64,000 bases of DNA from an uncultured delta proteobacterium (lineage in GTDB: Bacteria > Desulfobacterota > Binatia > UBA9968), in assembly GCA_963727625.1 (NCBI GenBank), contig CAVSHR010000004.1, positions 928,001-992,000 on the forward strand. The letters are read 5' to 3'. The notes beneath the pieces were generated by a model. The model saw only the letters and a program-made list of their open reading frames with translations. It had not been told where the DNA came from and did no database searches. Position numbers and translations under genes: made by a program. Shown here piece after piece: positions 28,452-37,514 of the stretch (its first letter is position 1; every line of letters starts with the position of its first letter).

Positions 28452-29324
28452 ATGAGACAGTTCGAATTAATTGAACCGCAAACTTTACACGACGCCTGCA
28501 TGGTTCTCGCCGAGAGTGAGGACACCAAGGCTGTCGCCGGCGGGACGGCGCTCTTGACGATTATCAAGCAAGGACTGCTGCGGCCAAAGGCGCTGGTTAA
28601 CTTGAAAAAAATTCGCGACGCTTCCGAGATCAACTTCGATCCGCAATACGGCCTGCGCATCGGCGCGCTGGCGACGATCAACGAGATTGAAACTTCCGAG
28701 TTGGTTCGCGAGCACTCCCCTGCGCTTACCGAAGCCTGTCACTTGGTCGCCAATATCCGGATTCGCAACATGGCAACCATCGGCGGCAACTTGGCGCACG
28801 CCGATTATCAATCTGATCCGCCGACGGTGCTTGCCGCGCTGGACGCGCGCATAGAACTCATGAGCACGACGGGATGCCGCGAATTGCCGTTAGGTGATTT
28901 TCAGCTCGGCAGTTACGAAACCGCGCTTCTGCCCGGAGAATTGCTCTCCGCAATAATCATTCCCCCGCCGCCTCAAGGGATGAAGGGTCGCTACGTCAAA
29001 TTCACCACCGGCTCGTCGGAAGAACGTCCCTGCGTGGGAGTCGCGGCAATGGCGCAGATGGAAAACGGCGTCTGTCGTGAACTGCGCCTTGCTATCGGCG
29101 CCGTCTCGCCGCAAGCCGTGCGCATTTCCGCGGGTGAAGAAGTTGCTCGTGAAATGATTCTGACCGATCAATTGATCGACAGCATCGCCTTAAAATCAGC
29201 ACGTAACGTTGAACCCATCGATGACCTGCGCAGTCCGGCGGATTACAAACGCCACCTGGTTCGCGTGCTGGTGCGCCGCGCGATCACGGCGCTGGTTGTC
29301 GACGTAGCGGAGCCAGCGCGATGA
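28452..29324 (+). CDS. xanthine dehydrogenase family FAD-binding subunit (CoxM/CutM-like)
   Basis: AGGTAL, IGAL.T, RIRNMATIGGN, D.R...DYKR. Confidence 0.92.
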   Translation: MRQFELIEPQTLHDACMVLAESEDTKAVAGGTALLTIIKQGLLRPKALVNLKKIRDASEINFDPQYGLRIGALATINEIETSELVREHSPALTEACHLVANIRIRNMATIGGNLAHADYQSDPPTVLAALDARIELMSTTGCRELPLGDFQLGSYETALLPGELLSAIIIPPPPQGMKGRYVKFTTGSSEERPCVGVAAMAQMENGVCRELRLAIGAVSPQAVRISAGEEVAREMILTDQLIDSIALKSARNVEPIDDLRSPADYKRHLVRVLVRRAITALVVDVAEPAR

Positions 29325-31600
29325 CTCTTGTCGGCAGCAATATTGAAATGGCCGGCGCCCGCGCCAAGGTGAGCGGTTCGGTTAATTATGCCGCCAACCT
29401 GGAATTGCCGGGCCAGCTTTACGCCAAGGCGCTCCGCAGTCCTTATCCCCACGCGAAATTGATTCGCATCGATGCAAGCAAAGCCGTTGCCGTCCCTGGT
29501 GTGCGCGCCGTCGTAACGCGCGGCGATCTGGCGGAGCTTCATCCTCACTTCGGCACGGGAGTTGAAGATCAGCCCGTGGTGGTCATCGATAAGGTCCGCT
29601 ACGCCGGCGATATCGTCGCCGCGGTCGCGGCCGATAGCCGCGAGATCGCCGAAGCAGCGGTTGCGCTCATCAAAGCGGAATACGAAGAATTACCCGCCGC
29701 CACGGATATCCTCGAAACCATCAAAGCCGACGCACCGATCATCCACGAGAACCATGTCGACAAAAGCGCCGGGGGAAACATTCACGGTGTCTATCGCGGC
29801 ACCAGCGGCGACATCGAGCAGGGCTTCAAGGAATCCGACGAAGTGATTGAAAACTCTTATACTCTACCGCCCGTACAGCATGGCCATATCGAGCCCCAAG
29901 CGGTGACGGCCTTCTGGGAGCCGAGCGGCAAACTGGTCGTCCACACGCCCTGCCAAACGCCGTCGCCGCTGCAGGAGCAATTGGCGAAAGTGTTCAAGCT
30001 ACCGCTCAATCGGGTGCGCGTCATCGTGCCCCCGGTGGGCGGCGGCTACGGCGGCAAGAACCACGCGCGCATCGAGCCGGTGGTCGCGCTGCTGGCGCGC
30101 AAGGCGCGCCGCCCCGTGCAGTGGGTTCTCACGCGCGAGGAAGTTTTTCTCACCGGACGGCGCTTCGGCGCAGTGATTAAAATAAAAACCGGCTTCAAGC
30201 GCGACGGACGCCTGTGGGCGCGCAAAGCCGAAGTCTTTTACGACATGGGCGCCTACGCGCTCTCCGGCCCGGCCAATTCGAAGAACGCCTGCGTCATCGC
30301 CGGCGGCCCGTACAACATCCCGCACCGCGACTACACCACCTACGCGGTGTACACCAATCTTCCGCCGGCCGGTCCCTATCGCGGCGTCGGCGCGTCCCAT
30401 GCCTGCTGGGCCTATGAATCCGAAATGGACGAGATCGCCCGCCGATTACGCATGGACCCGCTCGAGCTGCGCTTGAAGAATCTACTCCAAGAGGGTGATA
30501 AATTTATTACCGGGGAGCCCATGATCTCGGTCGGGGTCTCCGAGTGCGTGAAGCAAGCGGCAAGCTCGATCGGCTGGCAAAGCGATCAAGAGCAAGCGCC
30601 GCGATCCGGCGTGATCGTCCGTGGCAAAGGATTGGCCGTCGCGATCAAAAGTACCTCTACGCCGAGCACTTCGGCCGCCAGCGTGCGTCTGAACTCGGAC
30701 GGGTCGGCAATCTTGCTGACCAGCAGCGCCGAGATCGGCCAGGGCGCGCACACCGCGCTAGCGCAGATCGTCGGCGACGTGCTCGGTCTAACGATCGAAC
30801 GAGTGACCGTGACTTTTCCCGACACCGACGTCACACCCTACGACAAATCCACCAGCTCGAGCCGCACGACGTTCCACATGGGACGCGCCGCCCAGATCGC
30901 CTCCCAGCAGATCCGTGATCAGATCCTAGAAGCGGGCGCAAAAGCACTTGAAGCAAGGGTTGAAGACCTAGAGCTCAAAGACCTTTCTCTAAAAGTAAAG
31001 GGCGTACCTGAAAGACGCCTCTCCTTTCCACAGATTTTCCGCGCGATCTACGGCGATCCGAGCGGTAGTCTATTCGGCAATTTCACCTTGCGGACCGAAG
31101 GCGGCGTCGATTCCAAGACCGGATTGGGCAAAGGATCGTCATTCTGGTTTTACTCCGCCGCCGGCGCCGAAGTCGAAGTCGATAGCGAGACCGGCAAAGT
31201 GCGCGTGCTCAAAGTCGCCACCGCCGTCGACGTCGGCAAAGCGATTCACCCGAAGCAATGCGACTTGCAAAACGAAGGCTCCGCGCTCGCCGGCTTGGGC
31301 TCCGCCCTTTTCGAAGAGATGTGCTTCGATAACGGCCAGCCGATCAACGCCACGTTTCTCGATTACCTCCTGCCGTCCATGCAGGACCATCCGGAACAGT
31401 TCGAATCCGTGCTCGTCGAAACGCCGCATCCCGACGGCCCCTTCGGTGCCAAAGGCATGGGCGAAGCCGCTCTCCCGCCCATGGCCGCCGCCATCGGCAA
31501 CGCGGTCGCCAATGCGCTCAACGGCATCCGCGTCCGCGACCTCCCTATCAAGCCGGACAAGATCGTGGCGGCGCTCAACGCCGCGCCGGACAAGCACTGA
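29321..31600 (+). CDS. xanthine dehydrogenase family molybdopterin-binding subunit
   Basis: GGGYGGK, PYRGVG, EIGQG, GPFGAKGMGE. Confidence 0.93.
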   Translation: MTLVGSNIEMAGARAKVSGSVNYAANLELPGQLYAKALRSPYPHAKLIRIDASKAVAVPGVRAVVTRGDLAELHPHFGTGVEDQPVVVIDKVRYAGDIVAAVAADSREIAEAAVALIKAEYEELPAATDILETIKADAPIIHENHVDKSAGGNIHGVYRGTSGDIEQGFKESDEVIENSYTLPPVQHGHIEPQAVTAFWEPSGKLVVHTPCQTPSPLQEQLAKVFKLPLNRVRVIVPPVGGGYGGKNHARIEPVVALLARKARRPVQWVLTREEVFLTGRRFGAVIKIKTGFKRDGRLWARKAEVFYDMGAYALSGPANSKNACVIAGGPYNIPHRDYTTYAVYTNLPPAGPYRGVGASHACWAYESEMDEIARRLRMDPLELRLKNLLQEGDKFITGEPMISVGVSECVKQAASSIGWQSDQEQAPRSGVIVRGKGLAVAIKSTSTPSTSAASVRLNSDGSAILLTSSAEIGQGAHTALAQIVGDVLGLTIERVTVTFPDTDVTPYDKSTSSSRTTFHMGRAAQIASQQIRDQILEAGAKALEARVEDLELKDLSLKVKGVPERRLSFPQIFRAIYGDPSGSLFGNFTLRTEGGVDSKTGLGKGSSFWFYSAAGAEVEVDSETGKVRVLKVATAVDVGKAIHPKQCDLQNEGSALAGLGSALFEEMCFDNGQPINATFLDYLLPSMQDHPEQFESVLVETPHPDGPFGAKGMGEAALPPMAAAIGNAVANALNGIRVRDLPIKPDKIVAALNAAPDKH

Positions 31601-31601
31601 A

Positions 31602-32096
31602 ATGAAGCTTTCGTTCTCTACAACGATCAACGACCAGGAGCATGCTGTTCAGGTCAATCCCAGCCAGACCTTGCTAGAATTTCTGCGCGATGACTTGAAG
31701 CTCAAAGGTGCCGTTGAAGGCTGCAGCGTCGGCGTCTGCGGCTCGTGCACCGTGTTGATCGACGGCAAACCGGTCAGTTCCTGCCTCACCCTCGCGAGCA
31801 ACATCGAAGGCAAACAAATCACCACCATCGAAGGCCTCTCGCAAAACGGCGAGCTCGATCCCGTGCAGCAAGCGTTCCTCAAGAACCAGGCGTTTCAATG
31901 CGGCTACTGCACGGGTGGCATGATCATGGCGGTTAAAGGCTTGCTCAACGCTCACCCGCACCCGAACGAGGAACAAGCGCGCGATTATTTGTCCGGCAAC
32001 CTGTGCCGCTGCGGAACGTACAAAGAAGTGCTGGCCGCGGTGGCGGAACTCACGCGGACAAGCGAGGGGAAGTTGCGCCATGAGACGGATAGCTAA
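31602..32096 (+). CDS. (2Fe-2S)-binding subunit (CoxS/CutS-like)
   Basis: GC..G.CGSC, QCGYCT.G, GNLCRCG.Y. Confidence 0.93.
   Translation: MKLSFSTTINDQEHAVQVNPSQTLLEFLRDDLKLKGAVEGCSVGVCGSCTVLIDGKPVSSCLTLASNIEGKQITTIEGLSQNGELDPVQQAFLKNQAFQCGYCTGGMIMAVKGLLNAHPHPNEEQARDYLSGNLCRCGTYKEVLAAVAELTRTSEGKLRHETDS
32004..32048 (+). repeat. direct repeat copy 1 (3' end of the 2Fe-2S gene)
   Basis: 43/45 identity with 32738-32782. Confidence 0.9.
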
Positions 32097-32185
32097 AATT
32101 GTACGACGTCGAAAGCCTTGCGAAGAATCGGGTTGGTCAATACACTGTATGTAGTCCGGTTCGATAATAGCTCTCCCAGCATACC

Positions 32186-32380
32186 ATGAAGGTTCGCGAT
32201 TTTATCGCACTCATCGAAGCGGACGGTTGGCGTCAACTTCGCGTGAGAGGCAGTCATCGACAGTTTCATCATCCAATCAAAAAAGGCACGGTCACTGTTT
32301 CCGGAAAACCAAACATAGATATTCCGCGCGGAACATTAAATAGCGCCCTCAAACAAGCCGGCCTAAAGGAAAAGGAGTAA
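32186..32380 (+). CDS. hicA: type II toxin HicA (mRNA interferase)
   Basis: DGW....RGSHRQF.HP.K.G.VTV, GTL.S.LKQAG. Confidence 0.93.
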   Translation: MKVRDFIALIEADGWRQLRVRGSHRQFHHPIKKGTVTVSGKPNIDIPRGTLNSALKQAGLKEKE

Positions 32381-32385
32381 GTGTC

Positions 32386-32601
32386 ATGAAATATCTGGTA
32401 GTCATTGAACAAGGTGCCAGTTCGTTCGGCGCCCACGTTCCCGACCTTCCGGGTTGCATAGCGGTCGGCGAAACAAGAGAAGAAGCGCTCAAGCTCATTC
32501 GCGAATCCATCGAGTTTCATCTTGAAGGCCTGAAACAAGATGGCGTATCCATCCCCCCTCCGGCATCTACGAGCGAGGTTGTCGAGGTCGAAGCGGCATA
32601 G
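32386..32601 (+). CDS. hicB: HicB family antitoxin (short form, no C-terminal DNA-binding domain)
   Basis: Y.VVIE, VPDLPGC.A.GETREEA...I.E.IE.HLE. Confidence 0.92.
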   Translation: MKYLVVIEQGASSFGAHVPDLPGCIAVGETREEALKLIRESIEFHLEGLKQDGVSIPPPASTSEVVEVEAA

Positions 32602-32737
32602 TTTTGCACGCGGTGTGCAGTCGCCGAGAAAGACATGCCATTGGCGGGAGCATTTAATTCGCTTACCTCGCATCGGCATTCGATCTCGCAAGCTTCCAAA
32701 TAAGCGCCTTCCCTTTCAATATAGTGTCCGGTAACTA

Positions 32738-32797
32738 TGCCGCTGCGGAACGTACAAGGAAGTGCTGGCCGCGGCGGCGGAAGCGGCAAATAAGTAA
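32738..32797 (+). repeat. direct repeat copy 2: orphan 3' end of the 2Fe-2S gene (CRCGTYKEVLAAAAEAANK*)
   Basis: 43/45 identity to 32004-32048, followed by its own TAA. Confidence 0.9.
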
Positions 32798-33290
32798 TTT
32801 ACGATCCAAACCGGACAGATTTTCAATTTCAACGGCAGGGGAATTTTGCGCATGGCACTAAAGGATTCAATCTCATTCGGCTTTGCGCTGCCGCATCGCT
32901 CTCCGAACCCGATCGATGTCGCTGCGGTGCGACAAGTCGCCCAGCGCGCCGAGCAGGTTGGGTTTCGCGATCTCTGGGTGACCGAGAACACGCTTGACCA
33001 CGTCTTTTGCCTCGACTCGGTGGCAGCGCTGACCTACGCGGCAGCCGTAAAGACACGAATCCGACTGGGGGTTTCCGTGATGGTGCTGCCACTACACCAC
33101 CCCGTCCATGTCGCACACCAGATGGCGACCCTGGACTATCTCGGCAATCGCCGCGCGATCCTGGGGTGCAGGTTTGGGGGCGGGACAGCCACTACGCGGA
33201 GTTTCAGACCCCTCGTGAACGGCGCGTGCTGCGATTCCGAGAATGCGTTGACGTGATCAAGGCGCTATGGACCGAGTCCGAGGTCAACTA

Positions 33291-34412
33291 TCAATCGTTG
33301 CAAAAGTAATGGCTATTTGTAGGTAACTGGTGTAGAGTCTACTTATGCCAAGGAAAGCAAAGAAGAAGCCGGTAAGCGTTAGAGCGCAAGTCCGTTATGA
33401 GAAGCGGCGCATGGCAGTTGAAGCCCTGAGCAAAGGAGAGCTAGCTTCAGATGTGGCTCGAGTGATGAAGATTCCGCGAAGAACGCTATTCACTTGGATA
33501 GCTCGCTACCGGCATGGAGGCGAGCATGCCTTGCAAGACCGCCAGAAGAGCGGGCGACCTCGAAAGGCCGAGGCGAAAGTTCTGCAATGGCTTTACGACG
33601 CGATTACACTGGGCGACCCGCGGCAATACCAATTGCCATATTGCCTGTGGACGCTGGCGATCGTGCGGCGATTGTTGAAGAAGGAGCATGGCGTGGAAAT
33701 GAGCAAGAGTGGAGTGAGCCGCATGCTCAAGCATTTGGGGCTGAGCCCACAGCGGCCAATTTACAGGAGCTACAAGCGCGATCCCGAGGAGATGAAGAAG
33801 TATCTGGATAAGACGTTTCCCGGCTTGCGGGCCAAAGCAGGTCGAATGGGGGCCGCGATCTACTTTGTGGATGAGGCGTCGGTCCGGTCGGACGCTCATC
33901 GCGGAACGACCTGGGGCAAGATCGGGCAGACCCCGGAGGCTGACGACAGTGGCGACCGCTTCAGCATCCGGCTCATCAGCGCAGTCAGCCCGCGTGGGGA
34001 CATGAAATTCAGCAGCTTCACAGGCAGAATGAACGGCATCCGTTTTGTGAACTTTCTCAAGAAGCTCCATGCCGATGTCGGCCGCCCCATCATCGTCATC
34101 GCGGACAACGCCAGCTACCACACTGGCGGGGTTGTCCAGCGCTACGTGAAGCAGACTCGCGGACAGGTCACTGTGGGAAGCCTGCCCAGATACTCGCCAG
34201 AGCTCAATCCGGACGAACAAGTGTGGAATCATGCGAAGGCAAGACTCGCCAAGCTATTCGTGGCGACTAAGGATGAGTTCAAAGCGGCTCTATCCTCGAT
34301 TCTGCTCTCGATTCAAAGGTCGACTGATCTTGTCCTCTCCTTCTTTCAGCTTCCTGACACCCAGTATGCTGCCAAAGCTGTCTTCTAGTGCATATACTTA
34401 TGCAATGATTGA
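33291..34412 (+). mobile_element. IS630-family insertion sequence
   Basis: TIRs tcaatcgttgcaaaagta / tacttatgcaatgattga; TA duplication at 33289-90 and 34413-14. Confidence 0.93.
33345..34388 (+). CDS. IS630 transposase (HTH + DDE_3)
   Basis: FVDEA, DNASYH, LP.YSPELNPDEQVW. Confidence 0.95.
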   Translation: MPRKAKKKPVSVRAQVRYEKRRMAVEALSKGELASDVARVMKIPRRTLFTWIARYRHGGEHALQDRQKSGRPRKAEAKVLQWLYDAITLGDPRQYQLPYCLWTLAIVRRLLKKEHGVEMSKSGVSRMLKHLGLSPQRPIYRSYKRDPEEMKKYLDKTFPGLRAKAGRMGAAIYFVDEASVRSDAHRGTTWGKIGQTPEADDSGDRFSIRLISAVSPRGDMKFSSFTGRMNGIRFVNFLKKLHADVGRPIIVIADNASYHTGGVVQRYVKQTRGQVTVGSLPRYSPELNPDEQVWNHAKARLAKLFVATKDEFKAALSSILLSIQRSTDLVLSFFQLPDTQYAAKAVF

Positions 34413-35143
34413 TATAACGGCAGCATCTTTCAGCTCCACGGTGCCGCCATGACGCTGAAACCAGCGCAGCGGCCGCGCCCGCCGATCTGGCTCGGCGGCA
34501 ATCATCCGCATGCAATCCGCCGGGCCGCAACCATTGCCGACGGTTGGATGGGCTCAGGTGCTTCGAGCATAGAGGCCTTTGCCCGCAGCGTGGCGACCCT
34601 CAAAACCAAATTGGATAGCGCCGTCCGCGACCCGGCGACATTCCCGATTTCGAAGCGCGTGTTTCTCTCGGTCCACGAGCACTCGGAAGTAGCGCGCGCC
34701 GAGCTTTACCGTTGGTTCACCACCGTTTATCAGAGAACCGAGGGAACCGATGCGTTGGGGCCTCACGGCACACCCGAGCAACTGCGCGCGGGGATCGAAG
34801 AAATGATCGCCATGGGTGCGAACCACTTGCTCCTCAATCCTGTGTGCCGCATGCCGAACAGTTAGAGGTTCTCGCCGAAGTCATAGGACTGCGCTACCCG
34901 CAGAGAGTGAAAAAGCAGTGCCGGCCAAGGCCGAATGATTTAATTCAGATCATTGTGCCCCGGCGGGTATATTGGGAATATAACAAATCCGTATGCCAAC
35001 TCTCGATTTTGCTTTAGCATTTCTTGTAATACTGCTAAAATTTTTGAATATCTCGGACATAAAGTTGCGACACGTGAGCCGTAATATACAGATCAGTATA
35101 TTCACTAGGCAGTCGACATTATCAGAGAATGTGAGGCGCAGAT

Positions 35144-35875
35144 ATGCTCGGGAGCAGCGGCATTGATTCGCGGAAGGTGTTTGTGGTCCACGGGCGCGAC
35201 CAACGACTGAGGGCAGATCTGTTCGCCTTCCTTAGGGCCATCGGGCTGGCACCGATCGAATGGTCAGAAGCCGTGAAAATGACTGGCAAGGGCTCTCCCT
35301 TCATCGGCGAAATCCTCGACGTCGCGTTCGCCGCGGCACAGGCGGTCGTTGTGCTGCTGACACCGGATGATGAAGTACGACTCTCGCCAGAGCTCACATC
35401 TCCCCACGACCCGCCCGACGAGAGAGAGTTTCGGCTTCAGGCAAGACCAAACGTTTTGTTTGAGGCGGGTACGGCTTTTGGTCGGTCCCCCGACCGCACT
35501 GTGATTATTGAAGTGGGGAGGATAAAGCACTTTAGCGATGTAGCGGGTCGCCACGGCGTTCGGCTAACGAATGATGCTGCGAGTCGCAACGAAGTCGTAG
35601 TTCGCCTGAGAACTGCCGGCTGCCCAGTTTCGACGGACGGCACGGACTGGCTGCGGCAAGGCGATTTTGTTGTCAACCGCGTTGTGTCGAATACTGCTTC
35701 GGCCAAAGTTCCAGCCGAAGGGTCAAGTCCAAATGCATTCCAGCCACCGTTCTGTCCGAGGTGCTCGACAACTACCACGAAAAGGTATCTGACGAGACTC
35801 TCCAACGCGGGTCAAAAACTATACGATGCAACGCACGAATGTGATTTGTGCCTCTATCGCGAGAAATTCTCGTAA
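35144..35875 (+). CDS. TIR-like nucleotide-binding protein (CAP12/PF10137 type) with C-terminal Zn ribbon
   Basis: VFVVHGRD, VVLLTPDD, ARPNVLFEAG, SD.AG; CPRC...HECDLC. Confidence 0.85.
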   Translation: MLGSSGIDSRKVFVVHGRDQRLRADLFAFLRAIGLAPIEWSEAVKMTGKGSPFIGEILDVAFAAAQAVVVLLTPDDEVRLSPELTSPHDPPDEREFRLQARPNVLFEAGTAFGRSPDRTVIIEVGRIKHFSDVAGRHGVRLTNDAASRNEVVVRLRTAGCPVSTDGTDWLRQGDFVVNRVVSNTASAKVPAEGSSPNAFQPPFCPRCSTTTTKRYLTRLSNAGQKLYDATHECDLCLYREKFS

Positions 35876-36197
35876 CTGGCGTGTTGTCCAACAAGGGCTT
35901 GCACCTGGCGTTAGGTGAATGCCATGCAGATGCGAATCGCTACTGTTGACCTTTGAGCAAAACAACTGTTTCCCCGTGCTCGCTACAGAGAGTTGGGTTT
36001 TTACAAAGGCCAGGGCCGCTCTTTCACCCCATCCTGCAAAACACTGCTGATGAAACCTTGCTGTCTGATCGATGGAGATCGGCGCAAACTAGCCCGAAGG
36101 CGGTGGAATACAAGGGGCTGCACCGGTTCGCTGGCGCGGCGACATGGCGGTACTATATACTATTGCCACCCGTCACCGACCAACGGAGGAATTTGGC

Positions 36198-36812
36198 ATG
36201 GATACGACACACCGCAACGATGCCTACACCGTTACTTCGCTTGACGATCTCGCGAAGATTTATGCTAAGCCGACGCCCAACGTCGCCTCCAAAGAAACCG
36301 ACCACATCACCGAGGTCGGGCGCGCCTTCATCGCGGCATCGCCGTTTCTGGTGCTCGCCGCCTCCAACGGGACCAGCATCGACTGTTCGCCCAAGGGTGA
36401 CGCGCCGGGCTTCGTGCAGCTGCTCGACGACCGCACACTGCTGATCCCGGACCGGCCGGGCAACAACCGCATCGACGGGATGAGGAACCTGCTCGTCAAC
36501 CCGAAGGTCGGTCTCATTTTCATGGTCCCGGGATCGAACGAAACCTATCGCGTGACCGGCAGTGCGACAATCAGCACAGACCCGGAGTTGCTGAAACGAT
36601 TCGAGGTGCGCGGCAAGGCGCCGCGCGTGGTCATGGTCGTCGCGGTCCAAGAAGCCTTCAATCACTGTCCCAAAGCCTTCGTGCGGGCGAAGCTGTGGGA
36701 CGCGACGGCGCGGCCGAACAGGGCGCCGAGCCACGGCGACTTCGCCGCCGCCCGCGACGGCAAGGATGCTGCCTACGCCAGGGATTATAACGAGAATATG
36801 CCGAGCGCCTGA
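36198..36812 (+). CDS. pyridoxamine 5'-phosphate oxidase-like FMN-binding protein (MSMEG_1061 type); extreme C-terminus possibly frameshifted
   Basis: DCSPKGD.PGFV, IPDRPGNNR.D, HCPKAF.R..LW; GGAGG RBS. Confidence 0.85.
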   Translation: MDTTHRNDAYTVTSLDDLAKIYAKPTPNVASKETDHITEVGRAFIAASPFLVLAASNGTSIDCSPKGDAPGFVQLLDDRTLLIPDRPGNNRIDGMRNLLVNPKVGLIFMVPGSNETYRVTGSATISTDPELLKRFEVRGKAPRVVMVVAVQEAFNHCPKAFVRAKLWDATARPNRAPSHGDFAAARDGKDAAYARDYNENMPSA

Positions 36813-36934
36813 GACCGAGCTTTACTGATCAGGCCGCGAAACGAGATGCAGCGACCAGAAATCCACGCCGCTGTGCGTAACTGCTCGGACCCTATTAGCG
36901 CTCTCGGCTCACGTGAAGTATTAGGAATGAATCT

Positions 36935-37468
36935 ATGCCTCGGATCATGTTGCTTGCCCTACTCCTGGCAATTGCCGCTCCTTCCTCAGTTCCATCCGCA
37001 CAAGTCTCTGCTCAGCTCGACACAACGGGATGGAAGTCTTACAGAAACGAACGGATGGGATTTGAAGCCAAGTATCCCGACAACTGGCACGTCCGCTCTG
37101 TAACCGTAAACAGACCGGGAATCGAAAGCGCGATGGTCGATGAGACTCCCCGTGTCGGAAAGCCGCATTTGGCTGTGCAGTTCTGGGTTCAACGACGTGC
37201 CAATCCCGATGGTTTACCGATCGAGCAGTGGTATACGGCTCAACTTCGGGCGATGAAAGCGTCGCCGCCTCCGACATTGATCACTGCAATTGGCGGCCGC
37301 ACCACAGTCCGCATGGAGGCCAACGGGACTTTGGGCAGAACGTTTCAGTTCTTCACCTCACTCAATAGGACCGATATATTTGAGATCACGATGATTCAAC
37401 CGTCGTCAGAGACCGAGCTTGATCCGACGTATCAGAAGCTTCTTTCCACGGTCCGGCTCATAGATTGA
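36935..37468 (+). CDS. exported hypothetical protein (PsbP/DcrB-like)
   Basis: signal peptide; WK.Y.N...GF...YP..W and C-terminal ..LST.R pattern. Confidence 0.65.
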   Translation: MPRIMLLALLLAIAAPSSVPSAQVSAQLDTTGWKSYRNERMGFEAKYPDNWHVRSVTVNRPGIESAMVDETPRVGKPHLAVQFWVQRRANPDGLPIEQWYTAQLRAMKASPPPTLITAIGGRTTVRMEANGTLGRTFQFFTSLNRTDIFEITMIQPSSETELDPTYQKLLSTVRLID

Positions 37469-37514
37469 GTGTAAGTCGCGGAACCACACCAAGCGATGCG
37501 CAACCAGGCGCTAG

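Larger units (their letters stand above)
32852..34900 (+). pseudogene. LLM-class flavin-dependent oxidoreductase, split by IS630 and frameshifted
   Basis: N-part AEQVGF..LWV.E / TRIRLG.SV; frameshift near 33170; removing the IS restores V-N-Y-N-G; C-part PRPPIWLGG, ADGW; second frameshift near 34850. Confidence 0.85.

Noticed and set aside
29321-31600. Aerobic CO dehydrogenase CoxL
   Set aside because: Active-site loop is PYRGVG, not AYRCSFR (form I) or AYRGAGR (form II)
31446-31601. N-terminal extension of the 2Fe-2S ORF
   Set aside because: Overlaps the Mo subunit; the ATG at 31602 follows its stop directly
35040-35140. Xer dif-like site upstream of the TIR gene
   Set aside because: Only partial resemblance; no convincing XerD arm
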